Assembly: GCA_964588985.1 (NCBI GenBank)
Contig: CAZPQW010000018.1
Coordinates: 1 to 64,000 of the forward strand
Direction of reading: 5' to 3'
Source: an uncultured Solirubrobacteraceae bacterium
GTDB taxonomy: Bacteria; Actinomycetota; Thermoleophilia; Solirubrobacterales; Solirubrobacteraceae
DNA: 64,000 nucleotides
The notes below the pieces were generated by a model. That model was not told the origin of the DNA. It saw only the letters and a list, made by a program, of their open reading frames with translations, and made no database searches. This document shows positions 28,450-36,656 of this stretch, piece after piece. Positions within the stretch are counted from its first letter, which is position 1, and each line of letters opens with the position of its first letter. Position numbers and translations under genes: made by a program.

Positions 28450-29664
28450 CTGCAGGGGGCACGGCAATCGTGGCGGGCGGTCGGGGCGTATGCGCTCGCG
28501 GCGGCCGCGAGCCAGATGCTGTGGCTGACGTTCGCTCCGATCACGACCGCGAGCGCGCACCACTTCCACGTCTCCGAAGCGACCGTGGGGTGGCTGTCGG
28601 AGGTGTTCCCGCTGGTGTACGTGCTGCTGGCGATCCCCGCGGGGATGGCGCTCGACCGCTGGTTCCGTCCGGCGTTGATCGCGGGCGCGACGCTGACGGC
28701 GCTCGGCGGGCTGGTGCGCCTCGGTGGGGATGGGTTCGGCGTGGCGTTGGCGGGCCAGGTGCTCGTGGCGGTGGGCCAGCCATTCGTGCTGAACGCGATC
28801 ACGAAGCTCGCGGGCGAGTACCTGCCGGCGGAGAAACGCCCGGAGGGGATCTCCTACGGCTCGGCGGGCATCTTCGGCGGGATGCTCCTCGGGCTCGGGC
28901 TGGGTCCCGTGTTGGGCAGCTCCGGCAACCTGCACACGCTGCTGTTGGTCAACGCCGTCTTCGCGAGCGTGGCGCTGGTGGCGCTCGCCGCGGCTCTGCG
29001 CGCGCCTGGGATCGGCGGCGAGCACGAGGACACGCTGGAGCCGAGCGGCCTGCGTGCGGTGTGGAACGACCGCCTGATCCGCAACGTCGCGGGCGTGTCG
29101 TTCCTCGGCTTCGGCGTGTTCGTGGCGGTGACGACGTGGCTTCAGGCGCTGCTCAGCCACTCGGGCGTGTCCTCCGACACCGCCGGCGGGCTGCTCGTGG
29201 GCATGGTCGTGGTGGGGATCGTAGGCTCGGCGGTGGTGCCGGCGGCGGTCGCGAGACGCGGACAGACCTTTGGGCTGATGCGCGTCTCGGCGCTCGGCGC
29301 GTCGTTCGCGTGCCTGATGCTCGCGACCCTGGACTGGCTCCCCGGCTTCGCGGTGGCGGTGGCGCTGATCGGCTTCCTGCTGATCACGAGCCTGCCGGTG
29401 ATGCTCGAGCTGACCGAGCGGCGGGCGGGCGTGAACGGCGGCAGCGCGACGGCGCTGATGTGGATGGCCGGCCAGGGCGGCGGCATCGTGATCGCGGTGA
29501 TCGTGCAGGTGGTGGTCCACCACCCCACCGTCGCGTTCGTGCTGATGGCGGTGGCCGCGGCGGGCGCGCTGCCTTTGATCGACGCGGCGTCGCGGGTTGC
29601 GGAGGCTGAGGATCTGGGCTTGGCGCAGGCCGATGAGGCGATCACGCTACGCGTCGGCGCCTAG
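28450..29664 (+). CDS. MFS transporter
   Basis: About 12 hydrophobic segments, G.ALDRW motif-A-like loop; start uncertain (CTG 28450 sits 6 nt after GGAGG). Confidence 0.85.
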   Translation: MQGARQSWRAVGAYALAAAASQMLWLTFAPITTASAHHFHVSEATVGWLSEVFPLVYVLLAIPAGMALDRWFRPALIAGATLTALGGLVRLGGDGFGVALAGQVLVAVGQPFVLNAITKLAGEYLPAEKRPEGISYGSAGIFGGMLLGLGLGPVLGSSGNLHTLLLVNAVFASVALVALAAALRAPGIGGEHEDTLEPSGLRAVWNDRLIRNVAGVSFLGFGVFVAVTTWLQALLSHSGVSSDTAGGLLVGMVVVGIVGSAVVPAAVARRGQTFGLMRVSALGASFACLMLATLDWLPGFAVAVALIGFLLITSLPVMLELTERRAGVNGGSATALMWMAGQGGGIVIAVIVQVVVHHPTVAFVLMAVAAAGALPLIDAASRVAEAEDLGLAQADEAITLRVGA

Positions 29665-29678
29665 CGACGCGCAACAGA

Positions 29679-29764
29679 AGAGAGCGCGAGTGCCGTCGGC
29701 ATTTGCGGTTTTTACACCGCGGCCGGTTTGGCGGTCGTTCCTCAACGGAACACTCACGCTCTCT
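29679..29764. ncRNA. Candidate structured RNA: closing stem plus four hairpins
   Basis: 29679-29691 pairs with 29752-29764 (12/13); arms 29692-29700, 29705-29720, 29721-29736, 29737-29751. Confidence 0.4.
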
Positions 29765-30047
29765 GGGGCGATCATGATCGACCTGGCTGCCGAGGTCATC
29801 GCGGCAAACTACCCGCACGCGATGAGGGTTCGGCCGCAGCAGTGGCGTCAACGCAGCGGCCAAGGCCTGACGCCGGATCGACCGCTGTGCATCACCCTTC
29901 CAGCCCTGATGCTGGCACCAGGCGCGCGGTGAGGTCGCAGCGGCGGCTGGAGCGCTGGGTGCACGGGGCAGCGACGCCGATCGCCAGGCGAGTGGTGAAC
30001 GCCTTCTCTACATCGGGCCGGAAACCCAAGAACACCGTGGCGCATCG

Positions 30048-30551
30048 TCAGTCCTCGCAGATGTCGGCGGTCTGGGCAGCGGTGATGCGGACGATCTCGC
30101 GCGGATCGAGCAGCACCGAGTGGCGGTGGTCGCCGGCTGGGCAGAGGATCTGCTCGTGCCCCGTGAGCGCGCTGTCGATCACCTCGGCCGCTGGGACCAT
30201 CGGGCCGAAGGGCGGGACGGCGCCGACTTCCAGCAGCGGGAAGTCCCGGGCGATCTCGTCCTCGCTCGCGAGCCGCAGCTGTCGCGTGGCGCCGAGCAGA
30301 TCGCGGAGCTTGTGCAGATCGAGGCGGTCGGAGGCGGGTATCGCGGCGATCACGTAGATGTCGCCGTCGTGCAGCACGATCGTCTTCGCGACCCGGCCGG
30401 GCGGAAGATGCGCGGCGCGCGCCTCAGCAGCTGCGCTCGTCGTCCGTGCGTGCTCGACGAGCTCATACGACGTACCCGTACCCTGCAGAAACCCGGTGAT
30501 CGCGTCGACGCGAGTGGTCTCGACCGCGCCCGACGCTCCGTCATTCAGCAT
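30048..30551 (-). CDS. YbaK/ProX (INS superfamily) aminoacyl-tRNA deacylase
   Basis: VAKTIVL, LRLASEDE, EVGAVPPFG, AGDHRHSV; GGGAG RBS. Confidence 0.88.
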   Translation of the reverse strand: MLNDGASGAVETTRVDAITGFLQGTGTSYELVEHARTTSAAAEARAAHLPPGRVAKTIVLHDGDIYVIAAIPASDRLDLHKLRDLLGATRQLRLASEDEIARDFPLLEVGAVPPFGPMVPAAEVIDSALTGHEQILCPAGDHRHSVLLDPREIVRITAAQTADICED

Positions 30552-30739
30552 CGTTCTCCCCTCCCTCGAAATTGGTCCTGTGCATCGTGCTTGAGACGCT
30601 ACGCCTGTGGGGATGCGGCGTTATACGGGGAAACCACGGGAGTGGGTCGCGGGACTATACGCCTGGCAAATAGATCAACATCGGCGTTCACTACGGTCAT
30701 TGCCGTGGGTTTCTACCCCACCTGTCAGGCGTGTCGGGA

Positions 30740-30792
30740 ATAGAAAAACCCCGCCGTAGCGGGGCTTTTCCTTAGCGGGTCGATAAGCCGGA
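30740..30792 (-). repeat. Direct repeat copy 1: displaced rnpB 3' end plus terminator (att-like)
   Basis: 53 bp, 52/53 identical to 32279-32331. Confidence 0.92.
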
Positions 30793-30897
30793 GGTTTGGG
30801 ACTCGGTTAGGACGCGCCGCCGACCTGCTTCAGGAGGACGGCCGGTATGCCGATTGGCTGGATAGCCTCCACAGAAGGCGTTACGCTCTGATTGACG

Positions 30898-31089
30898 ATG
30901 ACTTTGCGGATAGAACATGTTGACGTTCAGGTGCTTCTCGATGAAGAGGAGAGGGATCGCCGCGCCGATGAGGTGGCGCTGCGATCTGGACGTAAGACGC
31001 ACGAGCAGCTCAAGCGCGAAAACGAGGTCTTTGCGCTTCCGCCGAGTCGCATTCGGATCAACCTCGACTCAGCGCACTCTCTTTCCTGA
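30898..31089 (+). CDS. Small charged protein, possible antitoxin/partner of downstream nucleotidyltransferase
   Basis: 63-aa ORF, 23 nt upstream of the NTase-like gene. Confidence 0.55.
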   Translation: MTLRIEHVDVQVLLDEEERDRRADEVALRSGRKTHEQLKRENEVFALPPSRIRINLDSAHSLS

Positions 31090-31112
31090 GCGACGATTCC
31101 AGAGCCGCACAC

Positions 31113-31918
31113 GTGGCTGAGGAGCATCAGAGCGAGGCCGAGCTGCCTCCGCTGAAGATCGACGAAACCGAGCGCATCATCGCTCGCCTTGAGCAAGTCG
31201 TCCGCGATCGGCGAGTCGTCCTTGTCGGTGGACAGGCAGTCGCCATTTGGGCATCGAAGCTCGCAGATCGGATAGCGGACACGCTCGTCGAGGCAGTGGC
31301 GAGTCGAGATATCGATCTTCTCGGCAACTCCTCGGACCTCCGACAGTCAGCCGAACTACTCGGCGGACGTATCCGCGTAGCTACTTGGGAGGACCGCACA
31401 CCCTTACCGGCGTCGCCATCTTCCTCGACAACGAAGGTCACGAGCGCCGCCTCGATGTCTTGGCAAGCATCTACGGAATGAACTCCGACGACATCAGACA
31501 GACAGCCATCGAGGCAGAGTTGCTCGTGGAAGATGATCGGCTCGTTCATGTCTGGGTGATGCACCCAGAGCGCTGCATGGAGAGCCGCGTCCACAACAGC
31601 GCTCTCTCGAACAAGCAAACGGACCTCGCCTGGCGCCAGCTCCGAGCCTCCATCCTCTGCGCGCGTGCGTTCAGCCAACTACTACTCGATGAGCGCGGCG
31701 AGGCCGCGGTCCGCGACGTTCTGAAGCTCAACGAGCCCATCTTCCGTTTCGCGCAGCAAGACCGCTGCTCGGCGCTCGCGTCCGACAGAGGGATCGATGC
31801 TTTCGACGCCGTGCTCGATGACGAGCGGCTGCCCGATCAGTTCAGGACAGTCCGGCTGCCCCAGATGCAGGACAGGATTCTGACCGTGCGCCAACAACAA
31901 CGCGACCGCACGTTGTGA
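31113..31918 (+). pseudogene. Nucleotidyltransferase-like gene split by a frameshift near 31401-31403
   Basis: Frame 1: LVGGQAV...SRDIDLL; joins frame 2 as EDRTP/LTGVAIF if one C is added to the C-run. Confidence 0.65.
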
Positions 31919-32278
31919 ACACCACCCCGATGCCAGGGCATCCTGGCGGGCATCTGTTCGTCGACGGCGGGAGGGGCCCGCTTGGCACGGCGCCGCCATC
32001 AACTCGGCGCAACGTAGGGACGCCACGACGATCGCAGAGTGCGCACCAGCAGATCCCCGGATGCCTCCTACTCAGCGCACCCAAGGCTCCATCGGAGCGA
32101 TAGCGCCGATACCGACCGGAAGCAGGCTGCGGGCGACCGGTGCTCCTGCTAGAACTTGCGTCGCGGTGTGGAGCGCTGCCGGCCAGAGGTCGGGTGCCCG
32201 CGCCGAGCGATCCCATAGAAATCGCCGTCGTCATCCGGTTCCAGCGCTTAGCGTGTTTAGTCTCCAGCTACTGAACAC

Positions 32279-32331
32279 ATAGAAAAACCCCGCCGGAGCG
32301 GGGCTTTTCCTTAGCGGGTCGATAAGCCGGA
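32279..32331 (-). repeat. Direct repeat copy 2: rnpB 3' end plus intrinsic terminator
   Basis: Minus strand TCCGGCTTATCGACCCGCTAAGGAAAAGCCCCGCTCCGGCGGGGTTTTTCT. Confidence 0.92.
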
Positions 32332-32638
32332 TCCTGTCGTTGAGCAGCCATCCATCTGAGCGGCCTACCTGGACCTCGGCGGGCAGCCTGCAAACGGTCC
32401 CGTTTGGCCTTGCATCGAGTGGGGTTTGCCCAGCCGCCGCGTCACCGCGACGCTGGTGCGCTCTTACCGCACCATTTCACCCTTGCCGGCCCGCCGTTCA
32501 CGTGGGACGGCGGACGTAGGCGGTTTGTTTCTGTGGCACTTTCCCGCGGGTTTCCCCGGGTCGATACCTCGACCACCCTGCCCTGTGATGTCCGGACTTT
32601 CCTCGAAGGCTTGCGCCTCCGCGGCTGCCTGACCTGCA
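32312..32638 (-). ncRNA. rnpB: RNase P RNA (bacterial type A)
   Basis: Minus strand GAGGAAAGTCCGG, GGAAAGTGCCACAGAAA, GGTGAAATGGTGCGGTAAGAGCGCACC, ACAGGATCCGGCTTAT; ends approximate. Confidence 0.96.
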
Positions 32639-32718
32639 CGGTCAACGTAGCGCGCGAGAGGCGCTCTGTGAAGGGGTGGGTTCGCACGCCCGACCGCGGG
32701 CAGCGAGGCGGCTGGAGC

Positions 32719-33342
32719 TCAGACCCGCCTGAGCAGACCCACGACGCGGCCGAGCACCTTGACCTCTTTGCTGCGGATCGGCTCCATCGTCTCGTTTTCG
32801 GGCTGCAGCCTGACGTGGTCCTTTTCGCGGAAGAAGCGCTTCACGGTGGCCTCCTCGCCCAGCAGCGCGACCACCACGTCTCCATCCGTGGCGGTGTCCT
32901 GCGGATGCACGACCACGTAGTCGCCTTCGAGGATGCCCGCGTCCTTCATCGAGTCGCCGCGGATGCGCAGCACGTACTCGCCGTCGGCACCCCCCGCGAT
33001 CTCGGGGATGGACACGTATTCCTCGATGTTCTCCTCAGCGAGCGTCGGCTGCCCTGCGGCGACCGAACCGACGAGCGGGAGACCTTCCGAGCGGACGATG
33101 CCCCGCACGCTGTCAACCGCGCTTTCCACAGCCCGATCGAGCAGCTCGATCGCCCGGGGCTTGGAGGGGTCGCGCCGTAGCAGCCCGATCTTCTCGAGGT
33201 TCGCCAAATGAGCATGCACGGTCGAGGAGGATGCGAGGCCAACCGCCTTGCCGATGTCACGCACCGTCGGTGGATATCCGTACTTCGCCGAGTACTTGCG
33301 GATGAAGTCGAAGATCTCCTGCTGGCGCTTCGTCAGATCCAT
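32719..33342 (-). CDS. lexA: SOS repressor LexA
   Basis: GYPPTVRDIG, VAAG cleavage site, GDSM, ATVKR. Confidence 0.96.
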   Translation of the reverse strand: MDLTKRQQEIFDFIRKYSAKYGYPPTVRDIGKAVGLASSSTVHAHLANLEKIGLLRRDPSKPRAIELLDRAVESAVDSVRGIVRSEGLPLVGSVAAGQPTLAEENIEEYVSIPEIAGGADGEYVLRIRGDSMKDAGILEGDYVVVHPQDTATDGDVVVALLGEEATVKRFFREKDHVRLQPENETMEPIRSKEVKVLGRVVGLLRRV

Positions 33343-33382
33343 GCCTGGATGCCTCCCAGCTCGGGTTGACCGTGTGCTCCAA

Positions 33383-33396
33383 CGAACATGTGTTCG
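33383..33396. promoter_or_regulatory. LexA (SOS) box
   Basis: CGAACATGTGTTCG matches GAAC-N4-GTTC, upstream of lexA next to a TACAGT -10-like hexamer. Confidence 0.88.
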
Positions 33397-33487
33397 CACT
33401 GTAGCGACGGTCGTGGACGGATGCAACATCTGGCACCCGCAGCCCACCCGCTGCCAGCCTCATCCCGAGGCTATACTCGCCCACTCT

Positions 33488-33573
<86 letters not shown>

Positions 33574-33610
33574 TTCGCTCCGTGTACCACCTGCTTGGTA
33601 CACTGCGTAG

Positions 33611-33853
33611 ATGGCTTCGACGTCTCGTGTTCAGGTCACGCTCGACGCGGAGCTCGCCGCTGCGGTGGAGGAGTTCGGGGGGGCTGAGCCGCGGTCTCGT
33701 GCCGTGCGAGATCTGGCCGTCCGTGGTGCTGAGGCAATGCGCGCGGAGCGCGCGGGCAGACGCGACGCACAGGAGCATTTGATCCGGATTGCGGCGGGCG
33801 AGGACGACGGCTACGACTTCGCCGTCTCAGAGCAGCTTCATGCCGCCCGCTGA
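33611..33853 (+). CDS. Putative VapB-type antitoxin (RHH-like N-terminus)
   Basis: RVQVTLDAEL..SRAVRDL; overlaps downstream PIN gene. Confidence 0.7.
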   Translation: MASTSRVQVTLDAELAAAVEEFGGAEPRSRAVRDLAVRGAEAMRAERAGRRDAQEHLIRIAAGEDDGYDFAVSEQLHAAR

Positions 33854-34271
33854 GCCTTACGGCTCCGGCGGACTGCTCGTATTCGATACCTCGGCCTGGA
33901 ACCGTCAGCGAGATCCGCAGGTGCTCGCACGATGGCTCGCCACTGCAAGCGCCAACCTGCTTGCTGTTTGTCCCGTAGTGGCGCTGGAGTTGCTCGCGAG
34001 CGCCCGTGACGAGCAGAAGTTCGCCGACCTCGATCGCACCTTCACGTCGCTACCTGCGGCCCCCGTCACACGTAGTGCCTGCGCAGCGGCCCTCAGCGTC
34101 TCACGCGAGCTGCGCGGCGAGCGGCGCATACCTGCAGCCGACTACCTGATAGCGGCTGCCGCGGCTGGACGCGGCGCCGGAGTACTCCACTACGACCATC
34201 ACTTCGACCCACTCTGCCGCGCACTCGGCATCGAGAGCGTGTGGGTCGCAGAGCCCGGCTCCGTCGACTGA
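33840..34271 (+). CDS. vapC: VapC PIN-domain toxin
   Basis: VFDTSAW, ALELL, ADYLIAA, LHYDHHF. Confidence 0.88.
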   Translation: MPPAEPYGSGGLLVFDTSAWNRQRDPQVLARWLATASANLLAVCPVVALELLASARDEQKFADLDRTFTSLPAAPVTRSACAAALSVSRELRGERRIPAADYLIAAAAAGRGAGVLHYDHHFDPLCRALGIESVWVAEPGSVD

Positions 34272-34332
34272 TCCGCACCTGGACTTCATGGTTTGATCGG
34301 CGTCCAGGCTGCCGCATTTTGGCAGCAGGCAC

Positions 34333-34800
34333 TCAGGCGCTGATCCGCCCAGGGCGCAGGGGCCGCACGTGCTCTTGGACTTTTCGGAGCGCGGCAGTGA
34401 CGCTCGCGAGCTCGGAGCGGCTGAGATGAGCCAGATAGTGCTCCTTGATTCCCCGCCTGTGAACCGAACGCGCGGCCTCTAGCGCCTTGACGCCCTGGGG
34501 CGTGATCAGTACGCGCACGACGCGCCGGTCCTCCGGAGGTCGCTCGCGGCGCACCAGGCCGGCTTCCTCCATGCGGTCGATGACCCGGGTCAGTCCGCTC
34601 TTGCTCGCCAGGATGCGATCGGCCAGTTCGGTCATGTTCGCCCCTTCCGAGGCCTCCTCAAGATGCACGAGGGCGTCATACCAGTCGAGACTCATCCCGC
34701 GCTCGGCCTGCATCTCGTCGTCGAGGATGTCGTTCAGCGCCCACGCGGTCTCCAGGAAGACGCGCCAGTCGATCAGGTCTTGGCGGGAAGGCGTTGACAC
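34333..34800 (-). CDS. MarR family transcriptional regulator
   Basis: SKSGLTRVIDRMEEAGLVRR..EDRR; GTG 34800 preceded by GGAG. Confidence 0.9.
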   Translation of the reverse strand: MSTPSRQDLIDWRVFLETAWALNDILDDEMQAERGMSLDWYDALVHLEEASEGANMTELADRILASKSGLTRVIDRMEEAGLVRRERPPEDRRVVRVLITPQGVKALEAARSVHRRGIKEHYLAHLSRSELASVTAALRKVQEHVRPLRPGRISA

Positions 34801-34817
34801 AGCATGCTCCACTCTGC

Positions 34818-34839
34818 AATAGTCCAACTTGCAACTATT
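34818..34839. promoter_or_regulatory. Probable MarR operator palindrome
   Basis: AATAGT-N10-ACTATT between divergent marR and small gene. Confidence 0.55.
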
Positions 34840-34886
34840 CATTTACGGACTAATGCAGATCGTAGCAGTCTGAAAAGGAGACCCAA

Positions 34887-35156
34887 ATGGTACGTATGTT
34901 CGTCAAGCACCAGGTCGCTGATTACCCCGCGTGGCGCGAGGTCTACGACAGCATCGACGACACCCGCAGCCGGTATGGCGTGACGGCCAAGGCCGTCTAC
35001 TGCTCGACCAGCGATCAGTGCGACGTGACGGTCTCACACGACTTCGACAGCGAGGACGCCGCGCACAGTTTCGCCGAGTCGCCCGAGCTGCATGAGGCGA
35101 TGGGTCGCGCCGGGGTGCAGGGCGCCCCCGAGATCTGGTTCACGACGCCCGCCTGA
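34887..35156 (+). CDS. Small dimeric alpha/beta-barrel (ABM/cyclase-like) protein
   Basis: AAAGGAG RBS; HQVADYPAWR..AMGRAGVQGAP. Confidence 0.75.
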   Translation: MVRMFVKHQVADYPAWREVYDSIDDTRSRYGVTAKAVYCSTSDQCDVTVSHDFDSEDAAHSFAESPELHEAMGRAGVQGAPEIWFTTPA

Positions 35157-35430
35157 GGCGCCCACCCTGGCGGCATCCCTGAGCGAGCCTACGAGCCGGT
35201 GACGCTCGTGGAGCTCGGCGGTCCCACGGCGCTCTGCGCCTAACGATCCAGAGACGACCAGCTGGGCCGGTCCACGCCGGCCGGCCCAGTCCTCCAAAAG
35301 CGGGAGCTCTGGCTGCTGTCTCGACCTGCGGCGGCGGAAGCATCCGAAGGTAATCAGCCGGCAGCTCGTGGCTCGCATCCCAGAACTCCAACCCCACGAT
35401 CTCCCCCGCGCTCAGGTCAACGTGAATCAT
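35140..35430 (-). pseudogene. Possible DUF2283-like fragment
   Basis: VDL..GEIVGLEFWDAS resembles the C-terminal half of DUF2283; rest of the ORF looks non-coding. Confidence 0.3.
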
Positions 35431-35783
35431 CAGAGCCCGAGTTTGCGTACGCCTGCCTCGTCGAAGCCGAAGTGGTGACCAACCTCGTGACGCACCGTCT
35501 TGATCACGTGCGCCCGGAGGCGGTTGGGATCGTCGCCGAAGTCGCGTACGAGCGTGTCGCGAAAGATCAGGATCTCATCTGGCAAGCCGCCACCCCCGAA
35601 GAATGGGGTACCACGTAGCCGAGAGCCGACGTACATGCCGTAAGCATGGTTCTCCGCGCCGCGGTCGGAAACGACGACCGCCACGTGCTCCAGCGCTCGT
35701 TGGAACGCGATCGGAAGTTCGTCGAGCGCTGAGCTTACGAGTGCCTCAAACTCCTGCTCGCTGTTGTGTCGGGGCTTGCCCAT
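35430..35783 (-). CDS. Minimal zincin-like metallopeptidase family protein
   Basis: PDEILIFR, TVRHEVGHHFG (HEXXH). Confidence 0.85.
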   Translation of the reverse strand: MGKPRHNSEQEFEALVSSALDELPIAFQRALEHVAVVVSDRGAENHAYGMYVGSRLRGTPFFGGGGLPDEILIFRDTLVRDFGDDPNRLRAHVIKTVRHEVGHHFGFDEAGVRKLGL

Positions 35784-35792
35784 GACTCGAAC

Positions 35793-36311
35793 TCAGCGGA
35801 CTACTGCCGAGACCTTTCGGCGAAACGCGACAGGATCGATCGCCGGGTAGCGGAAGAGCTCCGGCTCGATTGCGTCGTAGAGCTCGTGCAGCCTGGATGG
35901 CTCTACGAGCCCGGACTCCATCATGTGCCGGACATCATCGAGGTCTTGGCTGAACCCACGCTCGATCTTGGACAACGCTTGCGAGTAGAAGTCGAAGTGA
36001 TGGATATCGACGTTGCCCTCCCGGAATACAAACGGGCTGCGATCCCGCCAGCCCGGCAGCTCGGGGATGAAGTCCGGCGGCGAGGCCAGCTCGATGTTCA
36101 CGCCAAGATCCTCCTTCAATGCGGGAAGCTCTCGTAGCAGTGAGTCGATGTCCGGTTCGAGCCTCATATCGACATCTACGGTTGAGCCCCGCCAGCCTTC
36201 GAGCACTGCCGTGGCGCCTCCCGTCAAGTAGATTCTCGTCGGCGCGCTTGCCACCCGTCCGAGGCGGCGAGCCAGCTCCCGCAGCCGAGTCTCGTCAACC
36301 GGCGGACGCAT
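35793..36311 (-). CDS. Nucleotidyltransferase-like protein (DUF6036-type)
   Basis: YLTGGATAV..GWR.STVDVD; ALSKIERG..QDLDD. Confidence 0.75.
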   Translation of the reverse strand: MRPPVDETRLRELARRLGRVASAPTRIYLTGGATAVLEGWRGSTVDVDMRLEPDIDSLLRELPALKEDLGVNIELASPPDFIPELPGWRDRSPFVFREGNVDIHHFDFYSQALSKIERGFSQDLDDVRHMMESGLVEPSRLHELYDAIEPELFRYPAIDPVAFRRKVSAVVR

Positions 36312-36579
36312 GCTCGGCCGCCCGTGCAAAGCTCACCACACGAGCGACCAGCGCGTTGTAGCGACTGTGAGGCCCCTCATCGGACTCGGTGAGCAGTTCA
36401 TAGAGACGATGGGATGGCTGCGCTCCCCCACCCTGCGGCACATCGATCCCGATCGCACGCAGCCGAGGCGCAGCCATGGCGACGAGCAATGCCGACTCGG
36501 TCTCCCTGCCCGCCGCGAGATCATCGAGGCCCACACTTACGATCTCGTATCCAGGCAGGTCATCTCGAACTTCCGACAC
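36295..36579 (-). CDS. Small helical hypothetical protein coupled to the NTase
   Basis: LPGYEIV..GL.DL..HSRYNALV; overlaps downstream gene. Confidence 0.65.
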   Translation of the reverse strand: MSEVRDDLPGYEIVSVGLDDLAAGRETESALLVAMAAPRLRAIGIDVPQGGGAQPSHRLYELLTESDEGPHSRYNALVARVVSFARAAEHASAG

Positions 36580-36656
36580 GCCCAGATCCTAGGCGATCCG
36601 TGAGAACACCTTTGAGAACATCGCCCCTCCGCACTCTCCAATGCGTCCAGAAGCAC

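Larger units (their letters stand above)
30740..32331. mobile_element. Integrated islet/remnant at the rnpB 3' end (no integrase visible)
   Basis: Flanking 53-bp direct repeats 1539 bp apart; cargo with less GC3-biased codon usage and a frameshift. Confidence 0.65.

Noticed and set aside
29679-29764. Calling the cloverleaf element a true tRNA or a fluoride riboswitch
   Set aside because: Lacks invariant tRNA nucleotides; only the minus-strand 3' end loosely resembles the crcB motif and its first stem cannot form
29765-30047. Short ORFs between the MFS and ybaK genes
   Set aside because: No recognisable motif, RBS or codon bias
31919-32278. ORFs or integrase remnant in the right part of the rnpB islet
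   Set aside because: No recombinase motifs recognisable in the translations provided
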